A stretch of DNA of 64,000 nt, from assembly GCA_964016885.1 (NCBI GenBank), contig OZ024740.1, forward strand, positions 262,384,001 through 262,448,000, given 5' to 3'. Positions 28,669-43,269 of the stretch are shown here, piece after piece. A program made the position numbers and the translations under genes. The stretch's first letter is position 1. Every line of letters starts with the position of its first letter. Under the pieces are notes generated by a model. The model was given only the letters and a program-made list of their open reading frames with translations, was not told the DNA's origin and ran no database searches. Source of the stretch: Eledone cirrhosa. Lineage: Eukaryota.

Positions 28669-29482
28669 GAGAAAGGAGAGAGAGAAGGTGAGAGAGAAAA
28701 AGGGAGAGAGATAGAGAGAGAAGGAGAGAAAGGAGAGAGAGAAGGTGATAGAGAAAGAGAGAAAGAAAGAGAGGGAGAAGGCGAACGAGAAGGACAGGGA
28801 AAAGATGAGAGAGAAGGAGAGAGAGAAAGTTATATGCAGACAAATACACGCACACACATAGACACGCATATGCACATAAATATGTATATATTTATATGTG
28901 TGTGTTTGTGATTGCTTATCTTTGTGAGGCAGCCATGTTGTTTGTAAATGCAACGTAAATGTTTCTAAGAAAACAACAAAAATATCAGAGGATATAAACA
29001 GGAAAAGAAAATATGAATGACAATTAGTAAATGATATTGATATTAGACGCTGTATTTAAATATAATATTTGTGACAATTAAAAACGAGGGATATATTTGT
29101 TGGTCTTGTTTTGTTTTTCGGCTTTAGATGAAGCAACAAATTACATATTTTCAGTTTGTCATGTTATATTTTTTTCTATACACATAAATAAATAACAACA
29201 TTCTGTTATGGGTCATTATTTACAAGTGAGATCAGATTCTCATTTTTTTCGTCACATTTAAACATTTCTAAATGCAAATGGACACCCATATGTTTATATA
29301 TATATATATATATATATAAATGACAGGTATAGAAAGTATTGTAGCAAGAAGCCAACAGTATTCCATATATATATATATATGTTATGCATTTATGAGGGTG
29401 TTGTGCATGTACGCATCTTCTCTCACTCTCTCTTTCGCTGACTCACTCTATTTTTCCCCTTCTCTCCCTCTCTCACACTATT

Positions 29483-29522
<40 letters not shown>

Positions 29523-29537
29523 ATATATATATATATA

Positions 29538-29876
<339 letters not shown>

Positions 29877-29951
29877 CCGAAGAGATTGCTTTGGTAAAAA
29901 CAGGGGCAAGCTCTCAACATTCGTAGTTTGTAGCTACGATGGAGATTCAGT

Positions 29952-30278
<327 letters not shown>

Positions 30279-30333
30279 CGTTTCTGAATTTGTTTAGCAA
30301 GATTCTTTATCTGAAATCGTGTGTTGAAACCGA

Positions 30334-30426
30334 TATTGTTATACTCTGGGAGGGTCATGTTGCCAATAAGAAACACACGCACTGGTGCGTGTGTTTCTTA
30401 TTGGCAACATGACCCTCCCAAAGTAT

Positions 30427-30433
<7 letters not shown>
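30334..30433. repeat. Near-perfect ~100-bp palindrome
   Basis: tattgttatactctgggagggtcatgttgccaataagaaacacacgcac-tg-gtgcgtgtgtttcttattggcaacatgaccctcccaaagtataacaata; left-arm family recurs at ~38720-38785. Confidence 0.9.
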
Positions 30434-30462
<29 letters not shown>

Positions 30463-30480
30463 ATATATATATATATAAAC

Positions 30481-30554
<74 letters not shown>

Positions 30555-30557
<3 letters not shown>

Positions 30558-30772
30558 TAAGAATATTTTCGAAACAGCGAGTGGGTTTGAAATTATTAGA
30601 AATGTAAGCTATCGCCGTATTTTGACTAAAGAAATTAAAGAAATTATTTAGCCTGATAGTGGGGTTAAGAGCCCTCGGAGAAATGGAAAAAGATGAGTAT
30701 TGACGTACATGTACGTCAATACTCATCTTTTTCAATTTCTTTAATTTCTTTACTCAAAATACGGCGATAGCA
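30555..30772. mobile_element. Family B element as a foldback between (TA)n tracts
   Basis: Minus copy of ~3481-3636 turning around at ...gacgtacatgtacgtc... into a plus copy with a deletion. Confidence 0.8.
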
Positions 30773-30864
30773 TATATATATATATATATATATAAACGGA
30801 AAAAATGAAACGAAATTTCATTTCTCACTTTTAGTACGGCTGTTACGGCTGTTACGTTCGCTGA

Positions 30865-31186
30865 AATCACAGACTAGATCCCTTCTTCCTCCCGTTAGAC
30901 CTGTACGGAATTCCTTCCTTGCTTACATTCCAACCAGCTTTGATGGTCTTTATTCTCTCTCGTTCACGATTTCACCGAATTTAAATTCATAGAAATTTGG
31001 GACTTGACTCCTTCTTCCTCACTTTCTGTTGCTTCACCATTTTGTTTGATTACACTCGCGTCCCCTTTAAGTACGTGTCCCAACGACTCTTTTTAGCCGT
31101 TGCTCGCACCAACCGGAGGTATATGGTCTTTAAAGCGATGAAATACCAATGATGGTTGGAAGATCATTGATGAAGGACTAACTTTA

Positions 31187-31190
<4 letters not shown>
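30865..31190 (+). mobile_element. Dispersed repeat (family D), partial copy
   Basis: Matches ~36108-36436. Confidence 0.75.
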
Positions 31191-31237
<47 letters not shown>

Positions 31238-31341
31238 AATATATATGTATGTATTTAATGTGCAAATTAATTGCGTCCATAGGCGGTTTGCCGAATGAGC
31301 ACAAGATGCTCTTGGGGAGCAGAATATCAACAGTATTAAAT

Positions 31342-31520
31342 TAATTGTTTCTACTTTTGGCACAAGGCCAGCAATTATCCCAGCGCATTAGTGGTACTTT
31401 ATTTTATCGACCCCGTAAGGATGAAAGGAAAAGTTAACCTCGACGGGATTTGAACTCAGACTGTAAAGGGATGTAACTATGCTAGAAAGCATGGCGTCCA
31501 ACCCTCGACCGATACTGCCA
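31342..31520 (-). mobile_element. SINE family A with target-site duplication
   Basis: agtattaaattaat at ~31332 and ~31523 flanks the copy. Confidence 0.85.
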
Positions 31521-31589
31521 TTAGTATTAAATTAATATATAAGGAAATAAAGAATCAGTGTTGCATCATATACATATTTTAATACATGT

Positions 31590-31820
31590 CTCACTGTCAA
31601 TCAGCTCGAAGAACGCTCTATTAATGATCGAACCCGACGCTGGATCGGAAGCTCCTCAGATATGTTATAACATGTAGCCTCGCTTCTGAGAGTGGTTGAA
31701 TATTATCATGAATCGTCCTTATATGCTACCACAAATCTGTCATAATGGTGTTGTTGGTTTGTTTTCAGTCAGATCATAGCTGGGGGCTTCTTATAATTTA
31801 GCGGCTATTATTATCTCGGT
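31590..31820 (-). mobile_element. Dispersed repeat homologous to 38213-38470
   Basis: Reverse-complement match, e.g. cagatcatagctgg and atttagcggctattat. Confidence 0.7.
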
Positions 31821-31854
31821 CAAGTTGTCGTACGTATCCATGCGTGTCGACCCG

Positions 31855-32112
31855 TCTGAGTTATGGCCCTTTGCGTTATGTGTTCAAATCCGCCGAGGTT
31901 AACTTTGGCCTTACGGGGTCGATAAAATAAAGTGCCAGTAATGCACTGGGATAATTGCTGGCCTTGTGCCAAAGGCAGAAACAATTAAGGCCAGCAATTA
32001 CTCCAGTGTAGTAATGGTACTTTATTTTATCGACCCTGTAAGGATGAAAAGCAAAGTTAACCTCGGCGGAATTTGAACTCAGATCTCAAAGAGCCGTAAC
32101 TCTATGCTGCAA
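31855..32112. mobile_element. Two SINE A copies tail-to-tail
   Basis: Plus copy ending gaaacaatt is followed directly by a minus copy. Confidence 0.8.
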
Positions 32113-32464
32113 TTATAATTCACTAGTATGTCCGTATGATTTATTTTACACATATGGGTGTCTATGTGGCTCTCTATATATATGTGTATGTGTATGTATG
32201 TGTGTATATGAGAGCTACTGGTAACATGTAACCCAGTACAACCTGTTGCATGGTCGGGTCGTCGGCGACTAAACCGGCAACCCCACCAAGTTTACTTGGT
32301 GAGGAGGATGATTTTGGACACCCTGAAGAACAACAAAATAAACTTGACAAAGGGCGGAAGAACACATAAGAAAGTGTGTAAATATGTATATAAACATATA
32401 CACATGTACATATGTATGTATATGTGTATATATATGGGTGCATGTGCATGTATATGCGCTGGGA

Positions 32465-32966
32465 CATATAAATAGTCGGGCTTAACACCCGATCGCGCGG
32501 TTAAACCACTGGGAATGAAGGATCCCTAGCCTTTCTCAGGACATTCTTCTAGGAGAAGGCAACTCAGGAAACTGGGATAACTCCGACATAAAACCTGCGG
32601 CTCAGTAGTTACCGATGATGTTGATCTTTTCTTCTTTTCGGGTTATAGCTACTGTCGCTCAGAGAGTGGGATTGGCTCAGTGCACAGTCTTTCCTCACTT
32701 TAAAAAATATCTTCACGCACAGGCATTGCACGATAGAATTAATTAATTGTTTCTACTTTTGGCACAAGGCCAGCAATTAACCAGTACATTACTGGTACTT
32801 TATTTTATCGACCCCGTAAGGATGAAAAGCAAAGTTAACTTCGACGGGATTTGAACTCAGAACGTAAAGGGACGTAACTATGCTAGAAAGCCTGGTGTCC
32901 GACCCTCATTATTAATAATGTTATATCGTGCAATGGTCATACTCGATAACGAGGGGGCAGCCATCA
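32465..32966 (+). mobile_element. Second internally deleted RTE-UTR-like element, with a nested SINE A (32740-32906, minus)
   Basis: Shares ctaggagaagg, gatgttga..ttcttctttt, gagagtggga.tggct and cac.cacaggcattgc with 9230-9400; ends ctcgataacgagggggcagccatc; minus copy at ~48850-49125. Confidence 0.65.
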
Positions 32967-32987
32967 TATATGTATGTATATATATAT

Positions 32988-33710
32988 AAGCACACTGGAT
33001 AATGAAATATCCTTAAGAATCAAGAAAACCAGTGATGCTTTTGGACGGCTGCAAGAACGTTTATGGTCCCGTCAAGGTATCACTATCGAAACCAAGGTGA
33101 AAGTGTATCTGACTTGTGTCGTCTCCTATCTGCTTTATGCTTGTGAAACGTGGGTCACATACAGAAAGCACCTCAAGGAACTGGAGAGATTTCACCAACA
33201 ATCTCTTCGTATTTTACTTGGGGTGCCATGGAAAATGTTCGTCAGTGATTTGGAAGTTCTCGAACGGGGCAGGTGTGTGACTATAGAGAGCACGACCTTT
33301 CGGCACCGGTTGAGGTGGTGTGGACACGTGGTCCGGATGTCTGATGATCGAATTCCAAAGCAAGTTCTCTATGGAGAATTGTGTGAAGGAAGGCAACACC
33401 ACACAAACCAAAAATGCGGTACCGGGACTGTGTCAGGGGCACCTTGGCTTGTGTTGGAATTTCATCTGACGAATGGGAGAAAATGGCTGAGGAGTGGGTG
33501 AACTGGAGAGGTTTGATTAAGTTGGGTAGTGAACACTTTGAAACTCATCGGAGAGAAAACCTTACACTGAAAAGGAATGTAAGGAAAGGGGACTGTTCTG
33601 AACCGCCTGCTGGTTTGTGAGCACCCTAGTCGAGTCTGCCTGGGTTAAGCTGGTTTGACTAGACACGAACAAAGTCATATCAGTAGACCTTATGTAGGTT
33701 ATGATCTGAA
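32988..33710 (+). mobile_element. RTE LINE 3' fragment
   Basis: LDNEISLRIKKTSDAFGRL...TKVKVYLTCVVSYLLYACETW...RLRWCGHVVRMSDDRIPKQVLYGEL. Confidence 0.9.
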
Positions 33711-33763
33711 AATAGGCAAGGAATGTGTAAGTATATACGTTCAACAATCTGGCAGGAAGGTAT

Positions 33764-33806
33764 ACGTTGCTGACGATAGCTAATAAGCTTGAAACTAGTA
33801 CAGCGT
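33764..33806 (+). ncRNA. Minimal type I hammerhead ribozyme (family C)
   Basis: acgttg-CTGACGA-t-agct-aata-agct-t-GAAA-ctag-TA-cagcgt; 6-bp helix I, palindromic ACTAGT, GUA cleavage triplet; element runs ~33735-34010 into (TA)n. Confidence 0.8.
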
Positions 33807-34007
33807 TCCTTTGTCAGTGTTGAACAAACGAGCAACGCTGGTTGCTAGACACTACGGCTTAATACGGGATGTTTGTTCACAAACACACCGAGAATTATAA
33901 TAAATGTTCGGTGAATCCATGCGTACATATATATATGTGTGCATGTATGTATATATATGTACATACTACTGTACGTCTGTACACATATATGTATGTACGT
34001 GTACATA

Positions 34008-34095
<88 letters not shown>

Positions 34096-34109
34096 TATAT
34101 ATATATATA

Positions 34110-34230
<121 letters not shown>

Positions 34231-34391
34231 TCGGTTATTTACCAGGCTAAACATTTCTAATTTAGTCTAGAAATAACCGTCGAAACGGCTTGAGCTCTGC
34301 CATCAGGGTGATAACTTTTCCTATATATATATATATATATATATACATACATATATATATAAAATTTATAATAAACAATACAATATAATTA

Positions 34392-34459
34392 CCTCATTAC
34401 CAGAGGTTTCCCGAATTAACTGAATACAAGAAACGTCCTCATTCGTTCGTCAGACAAGG
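34392..34459 (-). ncRNA. Type I hammerhead ribozyme
   Basis: Minus strand: ccttgt-CTGACGA-a-cgaat...attcg-g-GAAA-cctctgg-TA-atgagg; 6-bp helix I. Confidence 0.7.
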
Positions 34460-35028
34460 CAATTTAAACATAGAGAAATATTTGAAAAATCTCCTGAAGA
34501 AAGGCAAAAGTTTAACGGGCAAAAAAAATATATAAATAAAAGTAATGCAAGAGATATATAAAAATAAAATAAGGAAATATAGTAAGGGTATGTGTATAAA
34601 TGCATCTACAAATGAACATATGTGTGCATGTAAAAATGCATGTGTATAGTGAAAAAATGTGTGCGTAAGTACATACATCCACAAATACGTGTATAATATA
34701 TGTTGAAAAAAGAAATTGTAAGATAATAGAGTTAACGTACATAGATACTCAGGGACTAAGGATTGAAATATATACATACAAGTATGAAAGCATGCGTATA
34801 AACACACACAACGCGCAAGCCCATACATGCGAGTGATATATACAGGGAAGGGAATGTATCAGTCAAAGCAGTTTCAGGCTGAAGGTCGATACATATATAA
34901 AAAATCTAAAATATGAAAATGAAAAAATGAAAAAATAATTTAGCTCTGTAACTTACATACAGAACCCTTCACTCCTATGACTTTTTCAATTTTCAATGGA
35001 AACTTCAATACTTATATATATATGTATT

Positions 35029-35065
<37 letters not shown>

Positions 35066-35066
35066 G

Positions 35067-35163
<97 letters not shown>

Positions 35164-35272
35164 AAAAAAGGAAGTCAAACATGTTAAATTTGGCTTCGTT
35201 TATATATATATATATAAAATAAAAGTAAGGAAGTCAAACATGTTAAATTTGGCTTCGTTTATTATAAATTCT

Positions 35273-35321
35273 CTGCTATATATATTTCTGTGACATTATT
35301 GGCTGTGACCTCATCAGACAG
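35273..35321 (-). ncRNA. Type I hammerhead ribozyme with imperfect stem II
   Basis: Minus strand: ctgt-CTGATGA-ggtcaca-gccaataa-tgtcaca-GAAA-tatata-TA-gcag; the element's 3' end is duplicated at ~35155-35260 next to (TA)n. Confidence 0.6.
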
Positions 35322-35596
35322 TACGAATTATTGTAGAAAAAAACAGGTAAACTTGGTGTTGAAATGTGTTCCACTGTGTCAATTCATCGATATGTTCAGC
35401 TCCTGGGTGTGTTGTTAGCCTACGAGGGACTGGAATCATATGTGCTAGAACAACCGAATTTCAGCGTCAGCCGAAAGTCTATAGAAATTCTTCAGAGAGA
35501 TAGGGCAGCCTGTTATAGTTATATTTATCAGAATGTTTAAGTCCAGCCGACCTCTCTGGGGAGTGGTATGATAGCTGACAAATGGGGTACAAGCGT

Positions 35597-35750
<154 letters not shown>

Positions 35751-36436
35751 TTTAAAGCGAAGAAATACCGATGATGGTTGAAAGATCACTTTATTCATAT
35801 GTAACCCACTTGCAACTCCGCAGCACGTTTACTCTCATATTTACACATATATTTTCTCCCGCTGTGACCCGTCTATTTCGTTCTTACTGCTTCCTCTTTC
35901 TCTGTATCTTTACCCTCTCTAACAGTCACTCTCTCTGTTAGCCTCTTCCTCACCCTTCACTCACTCACTCTCTGTTACTACCGCTCCTCCTCCTCCTTCT
36001 TCCCGTTTGACCTGTGCGTAATTCTTTTCTTTCGCACGCTTGGCCAGGCCGGTCGGCATTTTTTCTCTCTCTTGTCTACGATTTCACAGAACTTATGTTT
36101 ACCGAATTCACAGACTAGACCCCTTCTTCCTCCCGTTAGACCTGTGCGAAATTCCTTCCTTGCTCACATTTCAACCAGAATTGATGATCTTTATTCTCTC
36201 TCGTTCACGAATTCACCGAACTTATATTCATGGAAATTTTTGGACTTGACTCGCTCTTCCTCACTTTTCATTGCTTCACCATCTTTGTTTGTTTACACTC
36301 TCGCTGTTCCCTTTATTTACATGTCCCAACGACTTTCTTTAGCCGTTGCTCGCACCAACCGGAGGTATATGGTCTTTAAAGCGAAGAAATACCGATGGTG
36401 GTTGGAAGATCACTGATGAAGGACCACTTTAATCAT
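35751..36436 (+). mobile_element. Family D element with terminal direct repeats between (TA)n tracts
   Basis: tttaaagcgaagaaataccgatg at 35751 and 36375 (624-bp spacing); non-coding. Confidence 0.7.
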
Positions 36437-36697
36437 ATATATATATATATATACATATATATACAAAATTTAGTACAGCATCAACGAAGCCATGGTTGCA
36501 GCCAAGCTAACGAATGCAGTTTCGGTGTGCAGCTAAGCACTAGATAGGGTATATAACCCTAGACTTATAACATTACGTTTAGACAGCTTTGCAAAATGAA
36601 GACAGCGACCGATAGGAGTGACGCAGTGACCATATCCACGAAAAAGACTGAAGTCGGGAAAAACTCATACAAATATACATACATATATGTATTTTCT

Positions 36698-36765
<68 letters not shown>

Positions 36766-36913
36766 AGGAAATACATATATGTATGTATGTATATTTGTAA
36801 AAGTTTTGTTTTTACTACTTATCTCCTATATGCACTGTTATTATTTATTTTTCTTTATATATTGATTATGTTTTTCTATTTATTACTGCCTTTTATCTTT
36901 ACTTTATTACATA

Positions 36914-37320
36914 CTAGCAGATTTACCCGGCGTTGCTCGGGGTTTGAAATTATGCTAAGAATATACACCTAGGAAGTAAAAGAAGAACATTATTTGTCCC
37001 ACCCTGTCAAAATAAGCAGAAGTCTTCAATAATTAATGCAAACGAATATATTTGGTGAAAAGTTTATCTCCCTTTTTTATAAGGAATGTCAATAAAGTTT
37101 GTTATCTCCCTTACATCAATTTTTCTTTCGATAATTTTGATATCGATTTCTTATTGCTCAACTTTGGTCGATTTGAAAAATGTTTGTGATATGACAATCT
37201 TAGCGACATGCGCAACGTGCACAGAAAATTTGGTCAAATTCACTTGGTAATTGCGAAAGCCTTACGCATGCCAATTTGTACACAGACACACACACATCCT
37301 CGCTTTTATATATATAAAGA
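36914..37320 (-). mobile_element. Non-autonomous Helitron
   Basis: Minus strand starts TCtttatatatataaaag and ends with hairpin cccgagcaacgccggg then aaatctgCTAG; inserted between host A and T. Confidence 0.85.
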
Positions 37321-37402
37321 TTTTATTATATATTTTTCTAGGGTCGTACTTTTGTATTTTTTCTACGTACCCACTACCCCGAGCATACTAACATCATTAT
37401 AT

Positions 37403-37995
37403 GCGGTGGATTGGCAGTATCGGTAGAGGGTCGGACGCCATGTTTTGCAGCATAGAGTTACGGCACTTTATGATCTGAGTTCAAATCCCGCCGAGGTTAA
37501 CTTTGCCTTTCATCCTTACAGGGTCGATAAAATAAAGTACCAGTCACGCACTGGAGTCGATTTAATCGACTTCCCCCTCCCCCAAATTGCTGGCCTTGTG
37601 CCTATATAAGAAACCATTATTATATGGCAGTATCGGTAGAGGGTCGGACGCCTTGCTTTGACGCATAGAGTTACAGCCATTGCCATTCTGTGTTCAAATC
37701 CCGTCGAGGTTAACTTTGCCTTTCATCCTTACGGGGTCGATAAAATAAAGTACCAGTATACACTGGTTAATTGCTGGCATTGTGCCACAAGTAGAAACAA
37801 TTATTATATGTCTGTAAGTTAACCTCGGTGGGATTTGAACTCAGACCACAAAGAGTTACGGCCCTTTATGGTCTGAGTTCAAATCCCGCCGAGGTTAACT
37901 TTGCCTTTCATCCTTACGGGATCGATAATATAGAGTACCAGTAATACACTGCAATAATTGCTGGCCTTGTGCCAAAAGTAGAAACAATTATTATA
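37403..37995 (+). mobile_element. Cluster of three SINE A copies plus an inverted fragment
   Basis: Copies at ~37403-37622, ~37625-37808 and ~37851-37995; inverted piece at ~37816-37850. Confidence 0.85.
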
Positions 37996-39037
37996 TGTCT
38001 ATAATATATTCCTTTCTTTATTTTATTTTATTTTTTATCGGCTGTATCGTAGTCAGAATTGGTTTTTATTTTTGTACCTCTATTCTTTTACCCTTTACAT
38101 TTCATCACCCCTGCATTCTTGTATTGCCTTATCTCTTAATGCTTACTTCAAACAATGTGCCAGTGGACGTCAGGCACACGGGGCGACACACATGCATACG
38201 TAACACAACTTTTCCGAGATGGCGATAATAGCCGCTAAATTATAGAAAGACACCAGCTATGATCTGACCGAAAACAAACCAACAAGTGGAATATGGTGAC
38301 ACCAGTATGACAGAATTTGTGGTAGCACAAATCGGGACAATATTCAACCACACTCAGACTCTACATGTAGACTCTCAGAGTCTACATGTTAAAACATATC
38401 AGAGGAGCTTCCGATTCCAGAGTCAGGTTCGATCATTAATAGATCGTTCCTCGAACTGATCAACAGTGAATTGTAATGATTACAATACAATAGGAGGGAA
38501 CATAATAATAGTACCACTGATGATGTTGCAGATGTGCAACGAAAGAATTGTGATATACTAAATATATATATTTATATCTGTATTTTTAACCGTTGGTCAA
38601 TCAATGATAAACATTGATTGCCAAATAAATTAACTATGGAGATATAAAAAATACAGAAACGAAAGCCAACCAAACAGTGAGTGTATTCTGTTATTATTTC
38701 TGGCAATATTATCACAACGATACGACCCTCCCCAAGTATAACAATATTTGTTTCGACACACGATTTCATATAAAAAACCTTGCAATATATGTATATATAT
38801 ATTGGTGTGTATAGTGAAATTATTATTTTGACAACTATCCTTTTGTTACTAGAATATTCTGATATTTGGCATTCGTTTAAATAAACAATATAATTTAATA
38901 AATAATTTGCTCCACGCGTAATTATTTTAACACATTAGGAATTTGTACACATGCTTGTTTGAAAAAATAATTTTTAAGGAAGTATGATACATAGCTGTAA
39001 ATAAACCTTCTTAAAGAATCCAATTGCATTTTCAACT

Positions 39038-39107
<70 letters not shown>

Positions 39108-39147
39108 TCCTCTCTGTGTGTATATATATACTTTATATATATAATAT

Positions 39148-39752
39148 CCGTCAGGACTATCCATTTATTTTTGAGACTTGAAACCGCGTGGTAAGGGTAA
39201 CTACAGCAGATACAGTGAATTTTTTAAAATTTACTTTAAAACTTTTTCTTATTTGCTAAACCTTGATTATATATGTTCTGGCTCGTTAATTTATTAACCT
39301 GCCATAGAATGACATTGGCATATGGTTGGATAATACATGTGTCCCTATAGGTATTTTGAATGTAGGGATATATACTTTATTATTATTAATCCCTGGTCGA
39401 GATAACATTTTGGACGTTTTGACTGCTGCTATTTCTAGTGGCAGTGGATTGACCTTTCCGCCTCTGCCTTCTATCTTTGCACGCGGCACTAGACAGAATT
39501 GCTTCTATATCATTCACTCTCATCTCGGGAATAATTTTGAATAGCGCCAGTTCGTAATTTGAACTCGGGAATTTTATATTCTCCGAGTGAAAAGAACCTT
39601 CTGACGAGGGTCTTTCTTTTCAATGGATGTCCGCAAGTACTATCCATTTATTTTTGAGACTTGAAACCGTACGGTAAGGGTAATTACAGCAGGTACAGTG
39701 AATTTTTTAAAATTTATTTTAAAACTTGTTCTTATTTGCTAAACCTTGATTA
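39148..39752 (+). mobile_element. Permuted hammerhead-bearing element with ~115-bp terminal direct repeats (retrozyme/pLTR-like)
   Basis: actatccatttatttttgagacttgaaaccg...taagggtaa...gctaaaccttgatta at ~39156-39272 and ~39639-39752; TA-rich flanks. Confidence 0.75.
39596..39681 (+). ncRNA. Type I hammerhead ribozyme with extended stem II
   Basis: acctt-CTGACGA-gggtctt...aatggat/atccatt...gagactt-GAAA-ccgtacgg-TA-agggt; palindromic ACCGTACGGT. Confidence 0.8.
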
Positions 39753-41044
39753 TATATATATATATATATATATATATACTTAATTTATAACTTTATATAT
39801 ATATAATTAATATATATATATAATTAATTCATAATATATATAATTATATATATAATTAATGTATAACTTTATAAAGTTAACTGTCTCTAATACGTAAACA
39901 TCTCAATGAAAGGATAAGATATATTAATAAATTATCTACTCAGAGATGTATTAAAATATATTAAATTTAAGCCGAAATCTTATTTTCGGGGGATATAAGC
40001 TAGATTGGCTAAAAATACCGGTTTTAACTTTAAAAAGACCGTCGTACTGTTCTAATACATTAAGTAGGAAATATTCATACAGTAATTCAGCGATACATCT
40101 TATTCACCATACGGTCTAGCAACAAAACGGTACGTATAATATATTTTCAACTTGTCCCCTTATTCCTAAGAACAATTCACTACCCGATGAAGGAACTTAA
40201 ATTCTTCCAATATTGGTTATTCCAATGTCTTGGATTTCCTGATGTTGTATTGTGAGTTTCAGAAATCATGGTCGGGGTATTATATAAATTAAAGCCGACT
40301 TTCCTTTAGCCGATTTGGCGGCTTGTATCCGACCAGAAGCAGATTTTAGCTTAGATTTAATACCCCCACCCCGTACATACACACATATACACATATATAT
40401 ATATATATTCAGTTAGCCAGCCAGCCAGCCATTCATCTATTTGGCTATCCAGACATAGTATATCCACCCATCCGTCTGTCCTACCTTCAATCCATACATT
40501 TATTAATAGCCTGCAGCACAGACAATGAAGCAACACTAAACCAGCCCTGCAACAATGTTTACAACGACAACGACATTGCCATGAAGCTCGATAAGTATAA
40601 TGTATGAGGAGAAAAAATAACGCAATGTATGTAGAAAGTGCTTAATAATAAATTGAACAGTTTGCTTGTTATATATGTTGTTGATAATGTTTTAGTTAAT
40701 GTTATCAGTGTTGTTGTTGATGTCGTTGATGTCATTGATGCTGTTGTTGTATTTGTGTTAATGTTGTTGTTGATGTTCATTTCAATGGGTTTCAGTGAAC
40801 GCTGCTGATCGAAGGAAGGAAAAAGTAATAAGAATAATAAAACAATAATAACTAAAAAAGCTGAACAAGAAAATACGGAAGGTAAAGTAAAGCAAAATGA
40901 AGAATAAATAAAGACGACGACATTGAAAGAAAACTGTGCAAATATGAAATAAAAAGAATCGAGGAATAGATATACAGAGAAATAAGGAGAGAGAACGAGA
41001 GAGAAAGAGAACAGGAGTAAGAACGAGAGGGGAGAGAGAGAGAT

Positions 41045-41129
<85 letters not shown>

Positions 41130-42065
41130 CGAGAGAAGGAGAGATAGAAGGAGAGAGGGAACGAGATCGCGAGGAGAGAGATAGAGAGAGAGGGGGCAGT
41201 AGATGCGTGTGTGAGCGACATAAACATATGTGGAAGTATATATAAACTGATAGAGAGAGGGAAATATAGAGACAACACGTGAGAGTAGAGAGGGAGAGTA
41301 GAATGTGAGAGTGAACAAGAAGAGATTGGGAAAGAGAACGAAGATAGAGTATGTGAAAGAGGAGAAATATACGTTGAGCGTGAGACAGTGATAGAAATAG
41401 AGTTAGATATAGAAACAGAGAGAAAGATATTCAAAGTGAGAAAGTGAATATAAAGGAAGAAATCTAAGGTAAAACAGAGCGAGTTGAATGTGGAGAAGGT
41501 GGATTCTGTGGAATGTTTGAACACTTATAGGCGCAAGGCATTAGAAGAACAAATACAAAAGGAAACAAAACGAAATAAAATACGTCAAAATATAAAGAAA
41601 ACTGCAAAAATAGTTAAAGAAAACCCTTCTCTATGAAAAAAGATGAGAAAAGAAACAGCCTCAATTAAAACAAACAGAAGTACAAATACGAAAACAAATA
41701 TGGAAGTAGTAGTATGAAAGTCCATTCTGACGATATTTCCCTTTCAGCCTTCAGAGCAAAGAGTTAGTCAAGTCAGCCAATCAATCTATCATCACTCAGT
41801 CAGTCGCTCAGTCAATCAATCAGACAGACAGACAGGCAGTCATAGCAGCCAATCAGACATCTATTTGGCATGTTTGCACATCACTAGTAATTAATTTTTG
41901 CAACTGTTTGTTTGATACGTCTTGCTGATGATACATCATCAACATACTCCTTCTTATTCGTGCTTTCTCTCCTATTTCTCTACTATCATTTATAAATAGT
42001 ATTTCTTTCTTTTATGTGAGTATTCATTTATTTGGTATCACACACACATAACCCTTTCCATCACA

Positions 42066-42134
<69 letters not shown>

Positions 42135-42724
42135 GTAAATATATATATATGTATATATATATACACACACACACATATATATATATATACATTTATTTAT
42201 CTATTTATTTATTAGCTTTTACTAATTTCTTGCTGTCGTTGTAGATTTTATTCTTTCTTCTTATTTTTTCGTGAATATTCTTCTCTGGCAGTGTTGCTTT
42301 GAACGTTGAAATCAGGCTAATGATTCGTGTGGATGCCGAAACGATACAGGCGCTTGTCTAAATAATGTATTGTTTGACATGCAAAGAATGCTTAGGTAAA
42401 TATATAATGTGTTGGCATGTGTATGTGAATGTGAGGGTTTATGTGTATGTATGTATGTATGTATGTATGTATGTATGTATGTGTGTATGTATGTGTATGT
42501 ATTTATGTATGTATGTGTGCATGTAAGTGCGTACATATGTACACACATACACACATACACACAAACACACACACACACACATATATATACATATATGTAT
42601 ATATATATATAAACAATTCACACACACACACATATATATATATAAACATGTATCTATCTCTATCTAGGGCTGTTAGAATTCACACATATCTATATAAATA
42701 TATTTTATATATTTATATATTAAT

Positions 42725-42761
<37 letters not shown>

Positions 42762-43269
42762 TGTTTATGTTCATATGTATATATGCATATACATATATAT
42801 ATATATATATAAATATACAAGCACGCAACGATATATGTATACTAAGACACCGAATGTTCGCGCTCAATGCGGGTTAGGTTTTTTTATCTACGCTTGCGCG
42901 TGTGTTTTTATCTGTAACATTTTATATATATATATACATACATACGTACATATATACACGCATACATACATACACACACATACATAAATACGTATATACA
43001 TACATACATACACACATACATTCATATGTACATACATCCTAACATATATACATGCATACATATATACATATATAAATTCTCTTAACTGTGTCCCGATCCG
43101 GGCAAACAACAGTTCATACGAAGTGTTTTAGCCGAATATCCAAGCAGTTAATTTTAGTTATAAAAGAACTCTATATTAGTAACATGACATAGTCCTTTCA
43201 TTATACCAGTTGATCCGGCTTGTTATTGTGTCATTTCTCCCTTTTTCTCTAGTTGTCCTGCTTCCTTTG

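Noticed and set aside
40500-40810. Possible exon (plus strand CSTDNEATLNQPCNNVYNDNDIAMKLDKYNV*, or a minus-strand Thr-rich frame after a strong pyrimidine tract)
   Set aside because: The two readings conflict, the minus frames contain stops and no homology is recognisable; RNA data needed
42325-42352. CTAATGA...CGAAACGATAC
   Set aside because: Mutated core and unpaired stem II; could be chance
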